Of a stretch of 35,858 bases of DNA, positions 31,592-35,858 are shown one piece after another (positions within the stretch are counted from its first letter, which is position 1; the number at the start of each line of letters is the position of its first letter). Both the position numbers and the translations under genes were made by a program. Origin of the DNA: Candidatus Anaerobutyricum stercoripullorum (GTDB lineage Bacteria > Bacillota > Clostridia > Lachnospirales > Lachnospiraceae); the NCBI GenBank assembly GCA_019114885.1, contig DXEQ01000289.1:1-35858 (forward strand). Reading direction: 5' to 3'. The notes beneath the pieces were generated by a model. The model was not told the origin of the DNA, did not search any database, and saw only the letters and a program-made list of their open reading frames with translations.

Positions 31592-32626
31592 CTATACTGT
31601 GATCAGATGATAACCGGCCGCCTTGAGCATCCGGTTCATGATGGCGTTGCCCAGTCCTTTCTCAAAGAAACTTTCCGAATAAATGTAATCCAGATCCAGG
31701 TCGTCACATTCCCGCAGGATGCCGTACAGATGCGCCGCCACCGTATCGGGATTCTCCCTGCTTCCGATGCTTTTGCGGATGCCGGTGTGATACCTGTCCA
31801 TGGTCTCATCCGTCGCGATGATGCCGACTCGGAATCCTTCCCGCTCTTTCTCCTTTGCCAGACGGCTGATCTTATCCACGACCTTATCCGTATCTCCTTC
31901 CACGAGGGTGAGCTTCCCCTTCGGCGCGTAGTGCCGGTACTTCATGCCCGGTGCCTTCGCCACCACATGTTCCGGCATCTGCCTTCCGGATACCGCCGGG
32001 TCCACCCGGACCTCTCCGGCCACCTCTTCCAGCATCTCCTTTGTGATATATCCGGGACGGAGAATCATGGGAATCTCCCCCGTCATATCCACGATGGTGG
32101 ACTCTATGCCGATGCCCACCGGACCACCGTCCAGGATCATCGGAATCTTGCCGTCCATATCCTCCAGCACGTGGAGCGCCGTGGTGGGACTTGGCCGCCC
32201 TGAGGTGTTGGCGCTCGGCGCGGCGATCACCCGTCCGCTCTCCCGGATCAGCGCTCTGGCGTCCGGGTGGGATGGCATCCGCACAGCCACCGTCTTCAGT
32301 CCTCCCGTCGTGCCGTCCGGCACTTCATCCTTCTTATTCAGAATCACTGTCAGCGGTCCCGGCCAGAAAGTCTCCATGATCTTCCTCGCCAGCGGCGGCA
32401 CCTCCCGGGCCACCAGGTCCAGCTGGTCCATATCGGCGATATGGACGATGAGCGGGTTGTCAGAAGGTCTTCCCTTCGCCTGATAGATTCTGGCCGCCGC
32501 CTCGCTGTTCATGGCATCCGCGCCAAGACCGTACACCGTCTCCGTGGGAAACGCCACCAGTCCTCCCGCGCGAATGATCTCACCTGCCTCCGGCAGTGCA
32601 TCCATCTTCACCAGTTTTGTCTTCAT
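31592..32626 (-). CDS. sua5: L-threonylcarbamoyladenylate synthase, Sua5 type
   Basis: VAFPTETVYGLGA, KGRPSDNPLIVH, APSANTSG, PGMKYRHYAP; start MKTKL after GAGGTG. Confidence 0.95.
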   Translation of the reverse strand: MKTKLVKMDALPEAGEIIRAGGLVAFPTETVYGLGADAMNSEAAARIYQAKGRPSDNPLIVHIADMDQLDLVAREVPPLARKIMETFWPGPLTVILNKKDEVPDGTTGGLKTVAVRMPSHPDARALIRESGRVIAAPSANTSGRPSPTTALHVLEDMDGKIPMILDGGPVGIGIESTIVDMTGEIPMILRPGYITKEMLEEVAGEVRVDPAVSGRQMPEHVVAKAPGMKYRHYAPKGKLTLVEGDTDKVVDKISRLAKEKEREGFRVGIIATDETMDRYHTGIRKSIGSRENPDTVAAHLYGILRECDDLDLDYIYSESFFEKGLGNAIMNRMLKAAGYHLITV

Positions 32627-32667
32627 TGCAGTCACCTCTGTCATTCAGCCTGTAATCAGCTTGTGCT

Positions 32668-32696
32668 AGTGTAACATGCTTTATGTAAAAAGTCAA
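32668..32696 (-). promoter_or_regulatory. Putative sigma-A promoter of the sua5-atp operon
   Basis: TTGACT-N17-TACACT with TG extension. Confidence 0.65.
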
Positions 32697-32812
32697 AAAA
32701 CATGTCCGTCTTTTTGTTACATTTGTCGTTTTATTAACAATTTTTACTTTCTGATTCTTCTCTTATTTGTAAAAGCATACTAATAATCGTACCCCAATGC
32801 AGGAGTGTTTTT

Positions 32813-33010
32813 ATGAAAAGTCTATATTTTCACAAACTTTCTCTTCGGACCATATCCGTCCTCTCCCTCTTCCTCTTTCTCGCCGCTCTCGTCTTCTCCG
32901 ATCTGGCAAAGACCTCGCCCATCTTCCGGACCACCGGCGTCTTCACCGTCGTCCTGGATCCGGGGCACGGGGGATGTTCCCTGCGCGGGTGGGCACCCCC
33001 GCAGGCATAA
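32813..33010 (+). pseudogene. 5' fragment of an N-acetylmuramoyl-L-alanine amidase (Amidase_3, CwlD-like), interrupted after DPGHGG
   Basis: AGGAG SD, N-terminal hydrophobic anchor, then TVVLDPGHGG (ends 32974), 11 unrelated codons and a stop. Confidence 0.8.
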
Positions 33011-33072
33011 GGGACAGGGCACGGGCGTATTCTTTACTACAGCAAGATGCGCGCCAGCGCGTGAGGTCCATT

Positions 33073-33186
33073 ATGCAGCAGACGATCACCGTAGAACGGG
33101 AATTCCTGTCCACCATCACCACAGAAGAGATGCTGTCCCGCATCCTGTGGGCCCATTTCCGGCAGCTGGCCGCCGGGCCGCCATAA
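33073..33186 (+). CDS. Small hypothetical protein (37 aa) upstream of the recombinase
   Basis: GAGGT SD, ATG at 33073, MQQTITVEREFLSTITTEEMLSRILWAHFRQLAAGPP. Confidence 0.55.
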   Translation: MQQTITVEREFLSTITTEEMLSRILWAHFRQLAAGPP

Positions 33187-33304
33187 AAAGGCCATGAAAA
33201 CGTCGCGGGCCGCGTCGGATTTATCTGCGGAATCTGTCACATATCCTGAAAACCTGCCCCGCCGTCCGCGGACCGTGCGGACACAAAAAGGAGGTCTCAT
33301 CCAT

Positions 33305-35458
33305 ATGTCCCGGCTGTATCCCACCGCCATTTACATCCGCCTGTCCCGGGAGGACGGCGACAAAGACGAGAGCGACAGTGTCAGCAACCAGAAAAAACTT
33401 CTCATGGCTTTTGTACAAAGCCATGAGGAACTTCTTCTATATAATATATATACGGATGACGGATATTCCGGAACCACCTTCCGGCGGCCTGCCTTCCGGC
33501 AGATGCTGTCCGACATCGAAGAGCGAAAAGTAACCTGTGTTCTTGTCAAAGATTTGTCCCGCTTCGGGCGGGATTATATCGAGAGCGGCCGCTTTCTGGA
33601 ACGCTATTTCCCGGAAAAAGGCGTCCGCTTTATCTCCGTCTCCGACCACATCGACAGTCTGCGGCAGTCCTACGACATGCTGCTCCCCATCCGAAATGTA
33701 TTCAATGAACAGTACGCCAGAGATATCTCCCGGAAGGTCCATTCCGCTCTGCGGGCCAAGCAGCAGTGCGGGGAATTCATCGGCGCCTTCGCCAGTTACG
33801 GATACCGAAAATCTCCCGGCGACAAAAACCGGCTTCTCATCGATGAGTACGCCGCCTCCGTGGTGCGAAGGATCTTCTCCCTCTATCTTAAGGGCTGCGG
33901 CAAACAGCAGATCGCACGGATCTTAAATGCCGAGGGGATCTTAAGTCCTTCCGAATACAAGCGAGCCGCAGGTCTCTCCTACGGCAGTCCCGCCACGGCC
34001 GGACATCATACCCTGTGGTCTTATTCTACCATCAATCACATCTTACATAAAGAAATATATGTGGGAAATATGGTGCAGGGTACAAAAAGGCAGGAACTCC
34101 GGGGAAAACAGCGGGCAGTCCGCCGGGAAAACTGGGTCGTCGTCCCGGGAACCCATCCTCCCATCATCGACGAGGAAACGTGGAATCTGACCCAGGCGCT
34201 GTTAAAAAGCCGCGTCCGCTCCCCGGCGGACAACGCCGGAAAGACTTTCCTTCCCGGGAAGCCGGGCGTTTCCTCCCGGGAACCTTCCTCGCCCGGCCGA
34301 CCGGATATCTCCGCCAGAAATCCCGGCGCTCCGGCGTCTCCGCCGACGGAGAATCCTTTTTCCGGACTTTTGTTCTGCGCCGGCTGCGGTCGTCCCATGG
34401 TAAAGACCAGCTGGCGGCACGCCGACGGCCGCCCGGAATACGCCTTCACCTGCGGCACTTGCAAACGGCATGGCCGCGGCGCATGCACGCCCCACACCAT
34501 CTCCGCCCGGGCGCTCACACAGGTCATCCTTTCCGATCTCAGTCGGATTCTCTCCCACTGTGAGAACCTGCCCGGACTGGCCAGACAGCAGGCAGAACGC
34601 TTTCTTGCCCGCTGGTCCGGCAGCGCTGCCCACGGGGCTGTCCCCGAATCATCCCGGGCCGGAGGCGACGCCCGTCGCATGAAGCGGGAGGAATTCCGCC
34701 AGCCAGAGCGAGAGGACGTCCGTCAACTGGAGCGGGAGGAATTCCACCTGCTGGAGCGGGAAGACATCCTGCCGTGGCAGGAAGACGCCCGCCACATGAA
34801 GCGGGAGGAATTCCGCCAGCCAGAGCGAGGGACCGCCCGCCAGCTGGAGCGGGAAGACATCCGTCAACTGGAGCGGGAGGAATTCCATCTTCAATCCCTC
34901 CTGCGCTCTTCCTATGAAGATTATAAGGCCGGTCTTCTCTCCCGGCAGGAATTCCTCTCCTGTCAGACAGACTTTCGCCGCCGGAAAAAGCTGTGCGCCG
35001 ACCGGCTTCGAGTCCTGCGGGAACAGAATGAGGCGCTGGCCGCACGGATTGGGCGCTCGCCCTTCCTTCAAGAGGCAGCCGGCGCCGCCGCGCAAGGCGC
35101 AGGACCGGCGGCTGATTGCACCGACTCTGCCACGCCGGGCACAGGTCTTGCGGCTGATTGTGCCGACTCTGCCACGCCGGGCGCTGGTCTTGTGGCTGAG
35201 TGTGCCGACTCCGCCGCGCCGGGCACAGGTCTTGCAGCTGAGTGCACTGCCTCTGTCACACCAGGCGCAGGGCCGACTGCTGAGTGTGCCGACGCCGCCA
35301 CGCCGGGCGCCGCGCAGGCGATTTTTCCCGACCGGGGACTGCTGCGGCAGCTCATCTCCCGTATCGTCGTCCATGAAAACCGGAAAATTCAGATCATATA
35401 TCTCTTTCCGCCGGACGACACATTTTCCTTACCCGGCCAGTATAGTATAAAAAATTAA
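33305..35458 (+). CDS. Large serine recombinase (resolvase, recombinase and zinc-ribbon domains)
   Basis: AIYIRLSRED with catalytic Ser, DDGYSGT, VKDLSRFGR, YGYRK, YVGNMVQG, HPPII, CAGCG...CGTC...C; AAGGAGGT SD before MSRLY. Confidence 0.95.
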   Translation: MSRLYPTAIYIRLSREDGDKDESDSVSNQKKLLMAFVQSHEELLLYNIYTDDGYSGTTFRRPAFRQMLSDIEERKVTCVLVKDLSRFGRDYIESGRFLERYFPEKGVRFISVSDHIDSLRQSYDMLLPIRNVFNEQYARDISRKVHSALRAKQQCGEFIGAFASYGYRKSPGDKNRLLIDEYAASVVRRIFSLYLKGCGKQQIARILNAEGILSPSEYKRAAGLSYGSPATAGHHTLWSYSTINHILHKEIYVGNMVQGTKRQELRGKQRAVRRENWVVVPGTHPPIIDEETWNLTQALLKSRVRSPADNAGKTFLPGKPGVSSREPSSPGRPDISARNPGAPASPPTENPFSGLLFCAGCGRPMVKTSWRHADGRPEYAFTCGTCKRHGRGACTPHTISARALTQVILSDLSRILSHCENLPGLARQQAERFLARWSGSAAHGAVPESSRAGGDARRMKREEFRQPEREDVRQLEREEFHLLEREDILPWQEDARHMKREEFRQPERGTARQLEREDIRQLEREEFHLQSLLRSSYEDYKAGLLSRQEFLSCQTDFRRRKKLCADRLRVLREQNEALAARIGRSPFLQEAAGAAAQGAGPAADCTDSATPGTGLAADCADSATPGAGLVAECADSAAPGTGLAAECTASVTPGAGPTAECADAATPGAAQAIFPDRGLLRQLISRIVVHENRKIQIIYLFPPDDTFSLPGQYSIKN
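34661..34891 (+). repeat. In-frame 24-bp tandem repeats (EREEFRQP/EREDIRQL-like) with a 117-bp higher-order duplication
   Basis: Units start at 34682, 34706, 34730, 34754, 34778 (21 bp), 34799, 34823, 34847 and 34871. Confidence 0.85.
35084..35310 (+). repeat. In-frame 42-bp tandem repeats (A[DE]CADSATPG[TA]GLA-like), about five copies
   Basis: Units start at 35111, 35153, 35195, 35237 and 35279 with GCTGA[TG]TG. Confidence 0.9.
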
Positions 35459-35563
35459 GGAAACTGTTATGAATTCATAAACAAATAAAGTAAAAATTTT
35501 TACATGCTCTTAACATTGTCTATTATTGCAGAATTTTTCTGGAAAAATCCCGGATTTTTTTAC

Positions 35564-35592
35564 TTGTGAAAAAAATCAGCCTGTGCTACACT
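35564..35592 (+). promoter_or_regulatory. Putative sigma-A promoter of amtB
   Basis: TTGTGA-N17-TACACT with TG extension. Confidence 0.55.
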
Positions 35593-35601
35593 GCGTTACA
35601 G

Positions 35602-35651
35602 GACAAAGGCGTCTGTGGTAACAACCTGCCACAGGCGCCTTTGTTGTTTCT
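35602..35651 (+). terminator. Leader terminator/attenuator upstream of amtB with an overlapping ANTAR-like hairpin
   Basis: Stem ACAAAGGCGTCTGTGGTA/TGCCACAGGCGCCTTTGT followed by TGTTTCT; the 5' arm contains GAC-AAAGGC-GTC. Confidence 0.65.
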
Positions 35652-35767
35652 ATAAATTCTCATGAGTAAAAATATGATCCGGCGTGCGGATGCTTCCCTT
35701 CTTTTAAGGGAAGGGCCGCATGCCGCGGCAGCCGGCGCGTCACAACAAAGAAAGGATGCGATAAGCT

Positions 35768-35858
35768 ATGAATTCAGGAGATACTGCTTTTGTAATGATT
35801 TGTGCAGCTTTTGTATTTTTGATGACACCGGGCCTCGCCTTTTTCTACGGCGGCCTGG
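35768..35858 (+). CDS. amtB: Ammonium transporter, 5' partial
   Basis: MNSGDTAFVMICAAFVFLMTPGLAFFYGGL; AAGGA SD; runs off the window end. Confidence 0.93.
   Translation, partial: MNSGDTAFVMICAAFVFLMTPGLAFFYGGL

Larger units (their letters stand above)
32975..35458 (+). mobile_element. Putative left part of a serine-recombinase element inserted in the amidase gene; far boundary not seen
   Basis: Abrupt loss of amidase similarity at about 32975, followed by a small ORF and a large serine recombinase. Confidence 0.6.

Noticed and set aside
32797-33186. 129-aa ORF spanning the amidase fragment
   Set aside because: Overlaps the amidase fragment in another frame and lacks an SD; only its last 37 codons have their own SD and are kept.
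33194-33304. N-terminal extension of the recombinase in the ORF track
   Set aside because: The strong AAGGAGGT SD and the domain start point to ATG 33305.
34661-35310. Possible CRISPR array
   Set aside because: The repeats are degenerate, directly tandem, have no unique spacers, are in frame within a CDS, and no cas genes are present.

Overview
Chromosomal segment of a spore-forming clostridial bacterium, most like Lachnospiraceae (inferred from gene content and protein sequences). In order it carries: a VOC protein, an FtsX/LolD-type ABC exporter, spoVG-glgD-glgC, murC, an azoreductase-like flavoprotein, a same-strand DnaA-box cluster ahead of dnaD-like/dnaC-like/prs genes, a class A PBP, an 850-aa uncharacterised membrane-anchored protein, a methyltransferase, HAD and DivIVA-domain genes, and a sua5-LMW-PTP-like-atpZIBEFHAGDC operon whose c subunit has the Na+-binding signature. 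The most striking signal is at the right end. A CwlD-like N-acetylmuramoyl-L-alanine amidase gene breaks off right after its DPGHGG motif and is followed by a 37-codon ORF and a repeat-expanded large serine recombinase, then amtB. This resembles a skin-like, sporulation-linked split gene whose other half lies outside the window. Other observations are a catalytically degenerate phosphatase coupled to the atp operon, a candidate small RNA at the left edge, and an ANTAR-like attenuator before amtB. All product calls come from motif recognition by eye; no searches were run.
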